The notes under the pieces were generated by a model. The model did not search any database. It was given only the letters and a program-made list of their open reading frames with translations, and was not told the origin of the DNA. Positions 1-14,060 of a stretch of 64,000 nt of DNA are shown here, one piece after another (position 1 is the first letter of the stretch; each line of letters starts with the position of its first letter). Source of the DNA: Balanoglossus misakiensis. Lineage: Eukaryota; Animalia; Hemichordata. The stretch is taken from NCBI GenBank assembly GCA_040954595.2, contig CM082585.2, positions 1,426,318-1,490,317 of the forward strand, in the 5' to 3' direction. A program made the position numbers and the translations under genes.

Positions 1-2763
1 TGCGTGACCTCTGGCTTACTTACCATTTCTCAGCATCCATAACAGATACAGCCTTTGCTTTCTGTTGGAACCATGCTAACCACTTTGGTCACTCCAATGC
101 TGCTTATAGTTGGGTCTTCTTCATGGCGGCCATATTGGATTTTCTGATAATCTCTAAAAGTGTACATTTTTTTCTAAACTGCAGGGCCAATCAAGTTCTA
201 ATTTACTGGCCGTTCCAATTTTTTTTCAATTATATTAATAGTGGTCATGTGAATTTGGATTTATTATGGATTTTTTCAAAAACTCATGAAGATTTCCAAA
301 ATCTTTTTTAATCAAGCTTTCAAGTGAATTGTGATTGGTTAAACCTTATTGAAGCCAAATTGGATTGTCTGAACTCCGATTAAAAACTAAAATTTCCTAT
401 TTCAAGGCTACTGAATGATAGCACACCAATCCTTTTTATGGATACGAGTCACCATAAGACCAGAATATGTTAAACAATTTTTATCAACTTTCACATGTCC
501 TTTCATCCATTTTTTCAACACTTAATTATACAATTTTTTTGCAACTGTCATTCGTCTTTTGATCCAGATCTTTCAGAACTTAATTCTACGTTGATATGCC
601 TCTTGTTAAAAAGCACAAGAGTCGTGATTTTGTTCACATGAGTACTACTGCTGCCCGGACATAACCCAAATATTTTGATAATTTTGGCAGTAACTTTTGA
701 TCTACATTCCCATAACTTGGCATGCACAGCAGATACAGCTTTTAAATTTAGAGGACTGGAACACCTAATAAAGTACATGTATTAACTTTAACACAATAAT
801 TATGTATATAAGCTATTTAAAGTTAACCAATAAAGCGTAGAAGTCTGCTTTTTGTTGGACACTGATCAGTTTGGTATCAAATTTTGTTGGCACATTTTGC
901 ATCACCTCTGGCATACTTTACCATTTCTAGGCATCCACAACAGATGCAGCATTTGCTTTCTGTTGGAACCATGCTAACCGCTTTGGCCACTCCAATGCTG
1001 CTTGTAGCTCTAATTGTCTTCTTCATGGTGGCCATATTGGAATTTCTAATAACCTTTAAAAGTTGACATTTTCATAAACTACAGGGCCAATCAAATTCTA
1101 GTTTACTGTAGGGTTGAAAGTTTGACAAAAATATCATTAGTGGTCAAGTGACTTTGGGTGCCTAATTGGATTGTTTAAAAATCTCATTAAAAAATTACAG
1201 AACATCTTTTTCTAATCAAGTTTTCAAGTGAATTGTGATTGGTGTCACCTTATTGGAGCCAAATTGGATTTTTCTAAACACTGATTAAAAACTAAGATTT
1301 TCTATTTCTAGCCTACTCATTGAAAGCACACAAATTAATTTTATGGATACGAGTCGCCATATGACTAGAATACGTTACATTTTTTGGCAACTTTCACATG
1401 TCCTTTGATCCAGTTTTTTCAAAACTTGATTAAACAATTTGTTGGCAACTCTCGCATGTCCTTTGACCCAGTAATTCCATAACTAAATTTTATGTGGATA
1501 TGGCTCTTGATAAAAAGCTAAACAGTCATGATTTTGTTCAAAGAGTACTACTGCTGCCAGGACATAACCCAAATATTTTGATAATTTTGGCCATGACCCT
1601 TGATCTACTTGGATATGTCTCTTGTTAAAAAGCACAACAGTCATGATTTTGTTCACATGAGTTTTATTGCTGCCAGGACATAACCCAAATATTTTGATAA
1701 TTTTGGCCATGACCCTTGATCTACTTGCATATGTCTCTTGTTAAAAAGCACAACAGTCATGATTTTGTACACATGAGTACTATTGCTGCCTGGACATAAC
1801 CCAAATATTTTGATAATTTTGGCCATGATCTACTTTCCCATAATTTGACATGCACAGCAGATATGGCTTTCAAATATAGAGGACTGGAACACCTAATGAA
1901 GTATTAATCTTTAACACAATCATTATGTACTTATCCTATTTAAAGTTAACCAATTGAGCTTAGAAGTTTGGTTCTTGTTGGACACTTATCAGTTTGATAT
2001 CAAGATTTGTTGGCACAAATTTGCGTGACCTCTGGCTTACCTACCATTCTATGAATCCACAACAGATACAGAGTTTGCTTTCTGTTGGAACCATGCTAAC
2101 TGCTTTGGCCCCTGTGATGCTGCATGTTCTTTTAATTGTCTTCTTCATGGTGGCCATATTGGATTTTCTGATAACCTTTAAAAGTTGACATTTTTTTTCA
2201 AAAATTACAAGGCCAATCAAGTTCTAATTTACTGTACGTTCCAATTTTTTAAAATAATATTGTTAGTGTTCATGTGAATTTGGATTTATTATGGATTTTT
2301 GAAAAATACCATGAAAAATTTCCAAAATCTTTTTTTAATCAAGCTTTCGCGTAAATTGTGATTGGTTAAACCTTATTGAAGCCTAATTGGATTTTCTGAA
2401 CTCCGATTAAAAACTAAAATTTCCTATTTGTAGGCTACTGAATGATAGCACACCAAGCCTTTTTATGGATAGAGTCAACATAAGACAAGAATGTTAAAAA
2501 AATTTGTCAACTTTCACATGTCCATTGATCCTTTTTTTAACACTTAATTATACAATTTTTTGCAACTTTCATTTTCCCTTTGATCAAGATCTTTCAGAAC
2601 TTAATTGTACATTGATATGTCTCTTGTTAAAAAGCACAACAGTCATGATTTTGTTCACATGAGTACTACTCTGGCAGGACATAACCCAAATATTTTGATA
2701 ATTTTGGCAATGACCCTTGATCTACATTTCCAAAACTTGGCATGCACAGCAGATACAGCTTTT

Positions 2764-3120
2764 ATTAGCTCTGCTGTCACTTGTGTCAGCCGAGCTGTAG
2801 CAGTAGGTTGATAAATGTCTGTCCGTCGTCTGTCGTCCGTCATCCGTCGTCTGTCAACTTTTGGTATTTCAATCTTCTTCTATAAAACTACTTGGCATAT
2901 TTAGCTGAAATTTGGTTGGAATGTGTGTTATGGTGCCCTTACCTGATTTTGTTAATTTGGATTTGATCGGGTCATGAATATGCAAATTAGATCTAAAAAT
3001 AAAATTTTTGGTAAAAAAATCTTCTTCTCCCTAACTACATGTACGATGGAGCTGAAAATTGGTAGGAATGTGTGGTATGGTGCCCCTACCTGATTTTGTT
3101 AATTGGAATTTTGATGGGGT
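2764..3120 (+). mobile_element. 3'-deleted HINE/Helentron-type non-autonomous element
   Basis: Same 5' hairpin (agctctgctgtcacttgtgtcagccgagct) and (gtc/gtcc)n microsatellite as 8931-10734. It is joined directly to the next satellite unit. Confidence 0.7.
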
Positions 3121-3675
3121 CTGCTTTCTGTTGGAACCTTGGTCCCTCCAATGCTACTTTTAGTTGTAATTGTCTTCTTCATGGCGGCCATATTGGATTT
3201 TCTAATAAGCTTTAAAGGTTGACATTTTCATAAACTACAGGGCCAATCAAGTTCTAATTTACTGTGCGGTTGAAAGTTTGATAAAATATCATTAGTGGTC
3301 ATGTGACTTTTGGTGCCTTATTGGATTTTTTAAAAATCTCATTCAAAAATTACGAAAATCTTTTTCTAATCAAGTTTTCAAGTGAATTGTGATTGGTTTA
3401 ACCTTATCAGAGCCAAATTGGATTTTCTGAACTCCGATTAAAAGCTAAAATTCCTTTTTTTTATCCTACTCATTGAAAGCACACAAATTCTTTCTGTGGA
3501 TACGAGTCACCATATGACTAGAATATGTTACATTTTTTGACAACTTTCATATGTTCTTTGATCCAGTTTTTTTTCAGTATTTGATTAAACAATTTGTTGG
3601 CGACTCTCGCATGTCCTTTGATCCAGTAATTCCATAACTTAATTTTATGTGGATATGGCTCTTGATAAAAAGCTC

Positions 3676-6070
3676 AACAGTCATGATTTTGTTCAAAGAG
3701 TACTACTGCTGCCAGGACATAACCCAAATATTTTGATAATTTTGGCAATGACCCTTGATCTACTTGGATATGTCTCTTGTTAAAAAGCACAACAGTCATG
3801 ATTTTGTTCACATGAGTTTTATTGCTGCCAGGACATAACCCAAATATTTTGATAATCTTGGTAATGACCCTTGATCCCTTGGATATGTCTCTTGTTAAAA
3901 AGCACAACAGTCATGATTTTGTTCACATGAGTTTTATTGTTGCCAGGACATAACCCAAATATTTTGATAATTTTGGCCATGACCCTTGATCTACTTGGAT
4001 ATGTCTCTTGTTAAAAAGCACAACAGTCATGATTTTGTTCACATGAGTTTTGTCGCTGCCAGGACATAACCCAAATATTTTGATAACTTTGGCAATGACC
4101 CTTGATCTACTTGGATATGTCTCTTGTTAAAAAGCACAACAGTCATGATTTTGTTCACATGAGTTTTATTGCTGCCAGGACATAACCCAAATATTTTGAT
4201 AATCTTGGCAATGACCCTTGATCTACTTGGATATGTCTCTTGTTAAAAAGCACAACAGTCATGATTTTGTTCACATGAGTTTTATTGCTGCCAGGACATT
4301 ACCCAAATATTTTGATAATTTTGGCAATGACCCTTGATCTACTTGGATATGTCTCTTGTTAAAAGGCACAACAGTCATGATTTTGTTCACATGAGTTTTA
4401 TTGCTGCCAGGACATAATCCAAATATTTTGATAATCTTGGTAATGACCCTTGATCTACTTGGATATGTCTCTTGTTAAAAAGCACAACAGTCATGATTTT
4501 GTTCACATGAGTACTATTGCTGCCTGGATATAACCCAAATATTTTGATAATTTTGGCAATGACCCTTGATCTACTTGGATATGTCTCTTGTTAAAAGCAC
4601 AACAGTCATGATTTTGTTCACATGAGTTTTATTGCTGCCAGGACATAACCCAAATATTTTGATAATCATGGCAATGACCCTTGATCTACTTGGATATGTC
4701 TCTTGTTAAAAAGCACAACAGTCATGATTTTGTTCACATGAGTTTTATTGCTGCCAGGACATAACCCAAATATTTTGATAATTTTGGCAATGACCCTTGA
4801 TCTACTTGGATATGTCTCTTGTTAAAAGGCACAACAGTCATGATTTTGTTCACATGAGTTTTATTGCTGCCAGGACATAACCCAAATATTTTGATAATCT
4901 TGGTAATGACCCTTGATCTACTTGGATATGTCTCTTGTTAAAAAGCACAACAGTCATGATTTTGTTCACATGAGTACTATTGCTGCCTGGACATAACCCA
5001 AATATTTTGATAATTTTGGCAATGACCCTTGATCTACTTGGATATGTCTCTTGTTAAAAAGCACAACAGTCATGATTTTGTTCACATGAGTACTATTGCT
5101 GCCTGGACATAACCCAAATATTTTGATAATTTTGGCAATGACCCTTGATCTACTTGGATATGCCTCTTGTTAAAAAGCACAACAGTCATGATTTTGTTCA
5201 CATGAGTACTATTGCTGCCTGGACATAACCCAAATATTTTGATAATTTTGGCAATGACCCTTGATCTACTTGGATATGTCTCTTGTTAAAAAGCACAACA
5301 GTCATGATTTTGTTCACATGAGTACTATTGGTGCCTGGACATAACCCAAATATTTTGATAATTTTGGCAATGACCCTTGATCTACTTGGATATGTCTCTT
5401 GTTAAAAAGCACAACAGTCATGATTTTGTTCACATGAGTTTTATTGCTGCCAGGACATAACCCAAATATTTTGATAATTTTGGCAATGACCCTTGATCTA
5501 CTTGGATATGTCTCTTGTTAAAAAGCACAACAGTCATGATTTTGTTCACATGAGTTTTATTGCTGCTAGGACATAACCCATATATTTTGATCATTTTGGC
5601 AATGACCCTTGATCTACTTGGATATGTCTCTTGTTAAAAAGCACAATAGTCATGATTTTGTTCACATGAGTTTTATTGCTGCCAGGACATAACCCAAATA
5701 TTTGGATAATTTTGGCAATGACCCTTGATCTACTTGGATATGTCTCTTGTTAAAAAGCACAACAGTCATGATTTTGTTCATATGAATTTTATTGCTGCCA
5801 GGACATAACCCAAATATTTTGATTATTTCGGCCATGACCCTTGATCTACTTGGATATGTCTCTTGTTAAAAAGCACAACAGTCATGATTTTGTTCACATG
5901 AGTTTTATTGTTGCCAGGACATAACCCAAATATTTTGATAATTTTGGCCATGACCCTTGATCTACTTGGATATGTCTCTTGTTAAAAAGCACAACAGTCA
6001 TGATTTTGTACACATGAGTACTATTGCTGCCAGGACATAACCCAAATATTTTGATAATTTTGGCCATGAT
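3676..6070. repeat. 116-bp tandem array, ~21 copies
   Basis: The unit aacagtcatgattttgttcacatgag...ggacataacccaaatattttgataattttggcaatgacccttgatctacttggatatgtctcttgttaaaaagcac starts at 3676, 3791, 3906, 4022, 4138 and onward. Confidence 0.97.
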
Positions 6071-8930
6071 CTTCTTTCCCATAACTTGCCATGCACAGCA
6101 GATACGGCTTTCAAATTTAGAGGACTGGAACACCTAATGAAGTATTAATTTTTAACACAATCATTATGTACTTATCCTATTTAAAGTTAACCAATTGAGC
6201 TTAGAAGTTTGGTTCTTGTTGGACACTTATCAGTTTGATGTCAAAATTTGTTGGCACAAATTTGCCTGACCTCTGGCTTACTTACCATTTCTCAGCATCC
6301 ATAACAGATACAGCCTTTGCTTTCTGTTGGAACCATGCTAACCACTTTGGTCACTCCAATGCTGCTTATAGTTGGGTCTTCTTCATGGCGGCCATATTGG
6401 ATTTTCTGATAATCTCTAAAAGTGTACATTTTTTTCTAAACTGCAGGGCCAATCAAGTTCTAATTTACTGGCCGTTCCATTTTTTTTTCAATTATATTAA
6501 TAGTGGTCATGTGAATTTGGATTCATTATGGATTTTTTCAAAAACTCATGAAAAATTTCCAAAATCTTTTTTAATCAAGCTTTCAAGTGAATTGTGATTG
6601 GTTAAACCTTATTGAAGTCAAATTGGATTGTCTGAACTCCGATTAAAAACTAAAATTTCCTATTTCAAGGCTACTGAATGATAGCACACCAATCCTTTTT
6701 ATGGATACGAGTCACCATAAGTCCAGAATATGTTAAACAATTTTTATCAACTTTCACATGTCCTTTCATCCATTTTTTCAACACTTAATTATACTATTTT
6801 TTTGCAACTTTCATTCGTCTTTTGATCCAGATCTTTCAGAACTTAATTCTACGTTGATATGCCTCTTGTTAAAAAGCACAACAGTCGTGATTTTGTTCAC
6901 ATGAGTACTACTGCTGCCAGGACATAACCCAAATATTTTGATAATTTTGGCAGTAACTTTTGATCTACATTCCCATAACTTGGCATGTACAGCAGATACA
7001 GCTTTTAAATTTAGAGGCTTGGAACACCTAATGAAGTACATGTATTAACTTTAACACAATAATTATGTATATAAGCTATTTAAAGTTAACTAATAAAGCG
7101 TAGAAGTCTGCTTTTTGTTGGACATTGATCAGTTTGGTATCAAATTTTGTTGGCACATTTTGCATCACCTCTGGCATACTTTACCATTTCTAGGCATCCA
7201 CAACAGATACAGCCTTTGCTTTCTGTTGGAACCATGCTAACCGCTTTGGCCACTCCAATGCTGCTTGTAGCTCTAATTGTCTTCTTCATGGTGGCCATAT
7301 TGGATTTTCTAATAACCTTTAAAAGTTGACATTTTCATAAACTACAGGGCAAATCAAATTCTAGTTTACTGTAGGGTTGAAAGTTTGACAAAAATATCAT
7401 TAGTGGTCATGTGACTTTGGGTGCCTAATTGGATTGTTTAAAAATCTCATTAAAAATTACAGAACATCTTTTTCTAATCAAGTTTTCAAGTGAATTGTGA
7501 TTGGTGTCACCTTATTGGAGCCAAATTGGATTTTTCTGAACACTGATTAAAAACTAAGATTTCCTATTTCTAGCCTACTCATTGAAAGCACACAAATTAA
7601 TTTTATGGATACGAGTCGCCATATGACTAGAATACGTTACATTTTTTGGCAACTTTCACATGTCCTTTGATCCAGTTTTTTCAAAACTTGATTAAACAAT
7701 TTGTTGGCAACTCTCGCATGTCCTTTGACCCAGTAATTCCATAACTTAATTTTATGTGGATATGGCTCTTGATAAAAAGCTCAACAGTCATGATTTTGTT
7801 CATAGAGTACTACTGCTGCCAGGACATAACCCAAATATTTTGATAATTTTGGCAATGACCATTGATCTACTTGGATATGTCTCTTGTTAAAAAGCACAAC
7901 AGTCATGATTTTGTTCACATGAGTTTTATTGCTGCCAGGACATAACCCAAATATTTTGATAATTTTGGCCATGACCCTTGATCTACTTGGATATGTCTCT
8001 TGTTAAAAAGCACAACAGTCATGATTTTGTACACATGAGTACTATTGCTGCCTGGACATAACCCAAATATTTTGATAATTTTGGCCATGATCTACTTAAA
8101 TCCTATTTAAAGTTAACCAATTGAGCTTAGAAGTTTGGTTCTTGTTGGACACTTATCAGTTTGATATCAAAATTTGTTGGCACAAATTTCCGTGACCTCT
8201 GGCTTACCTACCATTCTAAGAATCCATAACAGATACAGAGTTTGCTTTCTGTTGGAACCATGCTAACTGCTTTGGCCCCTGTGATGCTGCATGTTCTTTT
8301 AATTGTCTTCTTCATGGTGGCCATATTGGATTTTCTGATAACCTTTAAAAGTTGACATTTTTTTTCAAAAATTACAAGGCCAATCAAGTTCTAATTTACT
8401 GTACGTTCCAATTTTTTAAAATAATATTGTTAGTGTTCATGTGAATTTGGATTTATTATGGATTTTTGAAAAATCCCATGAAAAATTTCCAAAATCTTTT
8501 TTTAATCACGCTTTCGCGTAAAATGTGATTGGTTAAACCTTATTGAAGCCTAATTGGATTTTCTGAACTCCGATTAAAAACTAAAATTTCCTATTTGTAG
8601 GCTACTGAATGATAGCACACCAAGCCTTTTTATGGATAGAGTCAACATAAGACCAGAATGTTAAAATTTTTTGTCAACTTTCACATGTCCATTGATCCTT
8701 TTTTTAACACTTAATTATACAATTTTTTGCAACTTTCATTTTCCCTTTGATCAAGATCTTTCAGAACTTAATTGTACATTGATATGTCTCTTGTTAAAAA
8801 GCACAACAGTCATGATTTTGTTCACATGAGTACTACTCTGGCAGGACATAACCCAAATATTTTGATAATTTTGGCAATGACCCTTGATCTACATTTCCAA
8901 AACTTGGCATGCACAGCAGATACAGCTTTT

Positions 8931-10734
8931 ATTAGCTCTGCTGTCACTTGTGTCAGCCGAGCTGTAGCAGTAGGTTGATAAATGTCTGTCCGTCGTCTGT
9001 CGTCCGTCATCCGTCGTCCGTCAACTTTTGGTATTTCAATCTTCTTCTATAAAACTACTTGGCATATTTAGCTGAAATTTGGTTAGAATGTGTGTTATGG
9101 TGCCCTTACCTGATTTTGTTAATTTGGATTTGATCGGGTCATGAATATGCAAATTAGATCTAAAAATAAAATTTTTGGTAAAAAAATCTTCTTCTCCCTA
9201 ACTACATGTACGATGGAGCTGAAATTTGGTAGGAATGTGTGTTATGGTGTCCCTACCTGATTTTTAGCTCTGCTGTCACTTGTGTCAGCCGAGCTGTAGC
9301 AGTAGGTTGATAAGTGTCCGTCCGTCGTCCGTCGTCTGTCGTCAGTCGTCTGTCGTCCGTCAACTTTTTGTATTTCAATCTTCTTCTTTAAAACAACTGG
9401 GCATATTTAGCTGAAATTTGGTTGGAATGTGTGTTATGGTGCCTTTAACTGATTTTGTTAATTTGGATTTGATGGGGTCATGAATATGCAAATTAGATCT
9501 AAAAATAGAACTTTTGGTAAAAATCTTCTTCTCCACAACTACATGTGCAATGGACCTGAAATTTGGCAGGAATGTGTGTTATGGTGCCCCTACCTGATTT
9601 TGTAAATTTGGATTTGATGGGGTCATAAATATGCAAATTAGATCTAAAAATAGAATTTTGGTAAAAAATCTTCTTCTCCATAACTACATGTACAATGGAG
9701 CTGAAATTTGGTAGGAATGTGTGTTATGGTGCCCCTACCTGATTTTGTAAATTTGGATTTGATGGGGTCATAAATATGCAAATTAGATCTAAAAATATAA
9801 TTTTTGGTCAAACATTTTCTTCTCCCTAACTACATGTACGATGGAGCTGAAATATGGTAGGAATGTGTGTTATGATGCCCGTACTTGATTTTATAAATTT
9901 GGATATGATCGGGTCATGAATATGTAAATTAGATCTAAAAATATAATTTTTGGTAAAAAATCTTCTTCTCCCTAACTATTTGTACGATGGAGCTGAAATT
10001 TAGTAGGAATGTGTGTTATAGTGTCCCTACCTGATTTTGTTAATTTGGATTTGATTGGGTCATAAATATGCAAATTAGATCTAAAAATAGAATTTTTGGT
10101 CAAAAATCTTCTTCTCCCTAACTACATGTACGATGGCGCTGAAATTTAGTAGGAATGTGTGTTATGGTGCCCCTACCTGATTTTGCTAATTTGGATATGA
10201 TGGGGTCATAAATATGCAAATTAGATCTAAAAATAGAATTGTTGGTCAAAAATCTTCTTCTCCCTAACTACATGTACGATGGCGCTGAAATTTAGTAGGA
10301 ATGTGTGTTATGGTGCCCCTACCTGATTTTGCTAATTTGGATATGATGGGGTCATAAATATGCAAATTAGATCTAAAAATATAATTTTTGGTAAAAAAAT
10401 CTTCTCCCTAAATACATGTACGATGGAGTTGAAATTTGGTAGAATGTGTGTTATGGTGCCCCTACCTGATTTTGTTTTATTGGAATTTTGATGGGGTCAT
10501 GAATATGCAAATTAGAACATTGGTACTTCCTTTTGATGTTGTTCTTTAGAATTCAATTCTTTCTTTCTTTAGTGCAATGAATCAAGCTGAATTTGGATAA
10601 ATACTTGTGATGTCTATGTTTGGTTTTGTTCAATAGAATACAATTGTTATGAATTAAAACCTAGGGTATTCATATCATCGCCCAGGTTACACTGTTAAGG
10701 TCAGCAGAGCTCATTTGACCAATAGGTCACTTGT
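8931..10734 (+). mobile_element. HINE/Helentron-type non-autonomous element with an internal ~146-bp tandem array
   Basis: 5' hairpin/sub-TIR, (gtc)n microsatellite and ~8 copies of a 145-146-bp unit (atgcaaattag at 9486, 9631, 9776, 10068, 10214, 10360, 10505; variant atgtaaattag at 9922). 3' sub-TIR tcagcagagct (10701-10711), then hairpin tgacc-aata-ggtca and cttgt. Inserted into the T-run of cagcttttaaattt with no TSD. Confidence 0.75.
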
Positions 10735-13546
10735 AAATTTAGAGGACTGGAACACCTAATGAAGTGCATGTGTTAACTTTAACACACTAATTATGTATAT
10801 GAGCTATTTAAAGTTAACCAATAAAGCGTAGAAGTCTGCTTTTTGTTGGACACTGATCAGTTTGGTATCAAATTTTGTTGGCACATTTTGCCTCACCTCT
10901 GGCGTACTTTACCATTTCTGGGCATCCACAACAGACACAGCCTCTGCTTTCTGTTGGAACCATGCTTAACACCTTGGTCCCTCCAATGCTACTTTTAGTT
11001 GTAATTGTCTTCTTCATGGCGGCCATATTGGATTTTCTAATAAGCTTTAAAGGTTGACATTTTCATAAACTACAGGGCCAATCAAGTTCTAATTTACTGT
11101 GCGGTTGAAAGTTTGATAAAATATCATTAGTGGTCATGTGACTTTTGGTGCCTTATTGGATTTTTTAAAAATCTCATTCAAAAATTACGAAAATCTTTTT
11201 CTAATCAAGTTTTCAAGTGAATTGTGATTGGTTTAACCTTATCAGAGCCAAATTGGATTTTCTGAACTCCGATTAAAAGCTAAAATTCCTTTTTTTATCC
11301 TACTCATTGAAAGCACACAAATTCTTTCTGTGGATACGAGTCACCATATGACTAGAATATGTTACATTTTTTGACAACTTTCATATGTTCTTTGATCCAG
11401 TTTTTTTTCAGTATTTGATTAAACAATTTGTTGGTGACTCTCGCATGTCCTTTGATCCAGTAATTCCATAACTTAATTTTATGTGGATATGGCTCTTGAT
11501 AAAAAGCTCAACAGTCATGATTTTGTTCAAAGAGTACTACTGCTGCCAGGACATAACCCAAATATTTTGATAATTTTGGCAATGACCTTTGATGTACTTT
11601 CCCATAACCTGGCCTGCACAACAGATACAGCCTTCAGATTTTTAGGCCTTAAACACCTAATAAAGTATTAAACTTTAACACAAAAGTTGTGTACATAAGC
11701 TTTTTCTAGTTAACCAATTGAGAATAAAAGTCTGTTTTTTTGTTGAACACTGATCAGTTTGATGTCAAAATTTGTTGCCACAAATTTCCGTGACCTCTGG
11801 CTTACCTACCATTTCTAAGCATCCACAACAGATACAGAGTTTGCTTTCTGTTGGAACCATGCTAACTGCTTTGGTCCCTGTAATGCTGCATGTTCCTTTA
11901 ATTGTCTTCTTCAGGGTGGCCATATTGGATTTTCTGATAACCTTTAAAAGATGACAGTTCTTTTCCAAAACTACAGGGACAATCAAGTTCGAATATACTG
12001 TGCAGTTCAAAGTTTGACTGTAATATTGCTAGTAGTCATGTGACTTAGAATTCCTTATTAGATTTTTGAAAAATATCATTAAAACACTTTTTCTAATCAA
12101 GTTTTCAAGTGAATTGTGATTGGTTAAACCTTATTGGAGCCAAATTGGATTTTCTGAACAACGATTTAAAACTAAGATTTCCTATTTATGGCCTACTCAT
12201 TGATAGCACAAACATTATTTATATGTATATGACTCACTATATGACCAGAATATGTTACCATTTTTGGCATATTGCACATGTCCTTTAATCCAGTTTTTCC
12301 AACACTTAATAATACAAATTTTTAGGCAACTTTCATTTGTCTTTTGATCCAGATCTTTCAGAACTTAATTAAAGTTTATTGAAGCCAAATTGGATTTTAT
12401 GAATTCTGATTAAAAACTTTGATTGCACACCAATTCTTTTTATAGATACGAGTCACCATATGACCAGAATACGTTGCATTTTTTGGCAACTTTCGCATGT
12501 ACTTTGATCCATTTTTTTTTCAGAACTTAATTATTCGTGGATATGCCTCTTGTTGAAAAGCAAAACAGTGATGATTTATTTTTCACACGAATAGTACTGC
12601 TGCCAGGACATAACCCAAATTTTTTGATAATATTGGCATTGAACTTTGTCCTAAGTTTGGCACCTGTATTCTTTTCTGAATATCTTATGGCGACTAGACT
12701 AATAGCACTAGAGGTTTGGTTTTTGATGTATATGGACAAGTATGGGACTTAGCTTTTTTTGTTACATTTGGAATCCACTGGACCAATGTTGAGCTTATTA
12801 AATATGTGAATATCTAATGCTGAGCTTACCCATATTGTTACAGGTTGAATTTTTTATGAACATGCTCTACTATTGGACTTAATTTTTTTGCTGAATTTCT
12901 TGACCAATGATAACCTTATAAATATGTGCTTACGTAATTGTAGACTAGATAATGAAGCTTTGAGTCTGGGTTTTCTTGAACATTCACCAGTATGCGATCA
13001 CATTTTTTTCTGACATTTTTGTTAGCTTTGGTTACCTTAAACCTATTTTCCCTGCCTTGGCATGCACAGCAGATAACGCCTTCAAATTTTGAGGGCTGGA
13101 ACACCTAATTACCAGGTTAACCAATAGAGCCAGAAGTCTTGTTTTTCATTTTACACTGATAATTTTGGAAGAAACATTTGTTGACAATTTTGGGTGAGCT
13201 CTTGGTGACCTTTGATCTGCTTTCCTATATACATAGCAGATACAGCATTGGCACTCTCTGGTATCCATAGGAACTGCTTTGACCTAGCCAATGTTTGTTG
13301 CACTTTATTTTTTTTTCATTAATTGACGATATGTACCCCTTGACCCGCAGTATGTTGGGTTGGGCTGGCTTGCCAAATTAATCCTATTATTATCATTGAT
13401 TTCATGCATTTAATTCTTTCATTCTTTTTTTTTTGTAGGTCCCACCGGTACTCTTCTCCTTCTCTCTCTCTTTCTTTCTTTCTTTCTTTTTTTCTCTTCT
13501 TTTCTCTTTTTTTTCTTTTTTTCCCTGTAGGCCCCAATGGTAACAC

Positions 13547-14060
13547 CATAATCAACCTACTAACGTAACATTTGATGGATGGATGGAGCGGAGTGTCAAC
13601 CATAGTCAACCTACTAATATAAACTTTGATGGATGGATGGAGGGGAGCGTCAACCATAGTCAACCTACTAATATAAACTTTGATGGATGAATGGAGCGGA
13701 GCGTCAACCATAGTCAACCTACTAATATAAACTTTGATGGATGGATGGAGCGGAGCGTCAACCATAGTCAACTTACTAAAATATAAACTTTGATGGATGG
13801 ATGGTGCCGCGGAGCGTCAACTTAAAGGATGGAGAAGTGGAAGGATGGAGAAGTGGAGTTTTTTCTCTGTTTTTTCCTCTTTTTCTTTCCTGTAGGGCAC
13901 ACTGGTAACACCATAATCAACCAACTAACGTAAAATTTGATGGGAGGATGGAGCGGAGAGTCAACCATAGTCAACCTACTAATATAAACTTTGATGGATG
14001 GATGGATGGAGCGTCAACCTAAAGGATGGAGAAGTGGAAGAATGGAGAAGTGGAGTTTCA
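13547..14060. repeat. 54-bp minisatellite in two blocks
   Basis: The unit catagtcaacctactaatataaactttgatggatggatggagcggagcgtcaac starts at 13547, 13601, 13655, 13709 and 13763, with a second block at ~13890-14060. It explains the 18-aa repeats in ORF 13319..13771. Confidence 0.9.

Larger units (their letters stand above)
1..13300. repeat. Complex macrosatellite of ~0.9-1.1 kb diverged units, with a ~6.26-kb higher-order duplication
   Basis: The motif block (tgacctctggc...ctttctgttggaaccatgc...ggccatattggattt...gtgaattgtgattgg...gcagatacagc) recurs near 1, 900, 2020, 3121, 6263, 7160, 8190, 10890 and 11790, then decays to ~13300. 1-3100 is nearly identical to 6263-9260, and 3121-3750 to 10944-11585. 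Confidence 0.9.

Noticed and set aside
3676-6070. CRISPR-like appearance of the regular arrays
   Set aside because: The units are contiguous with no unique spacers, no cas genes are present, and the context is eukaryotic.
123-13104. Many 60-120 aa ORFs in the macrosatellite
   Set aside because: They recur with the repeat on both strands, break at different places in different copies, and have no protein-like motifs.
13319-13771. 150-aa ORF with 18-aa repeats
   Set aside because: Translation of a 54-bp minisatellite and a pyrimidine tract.
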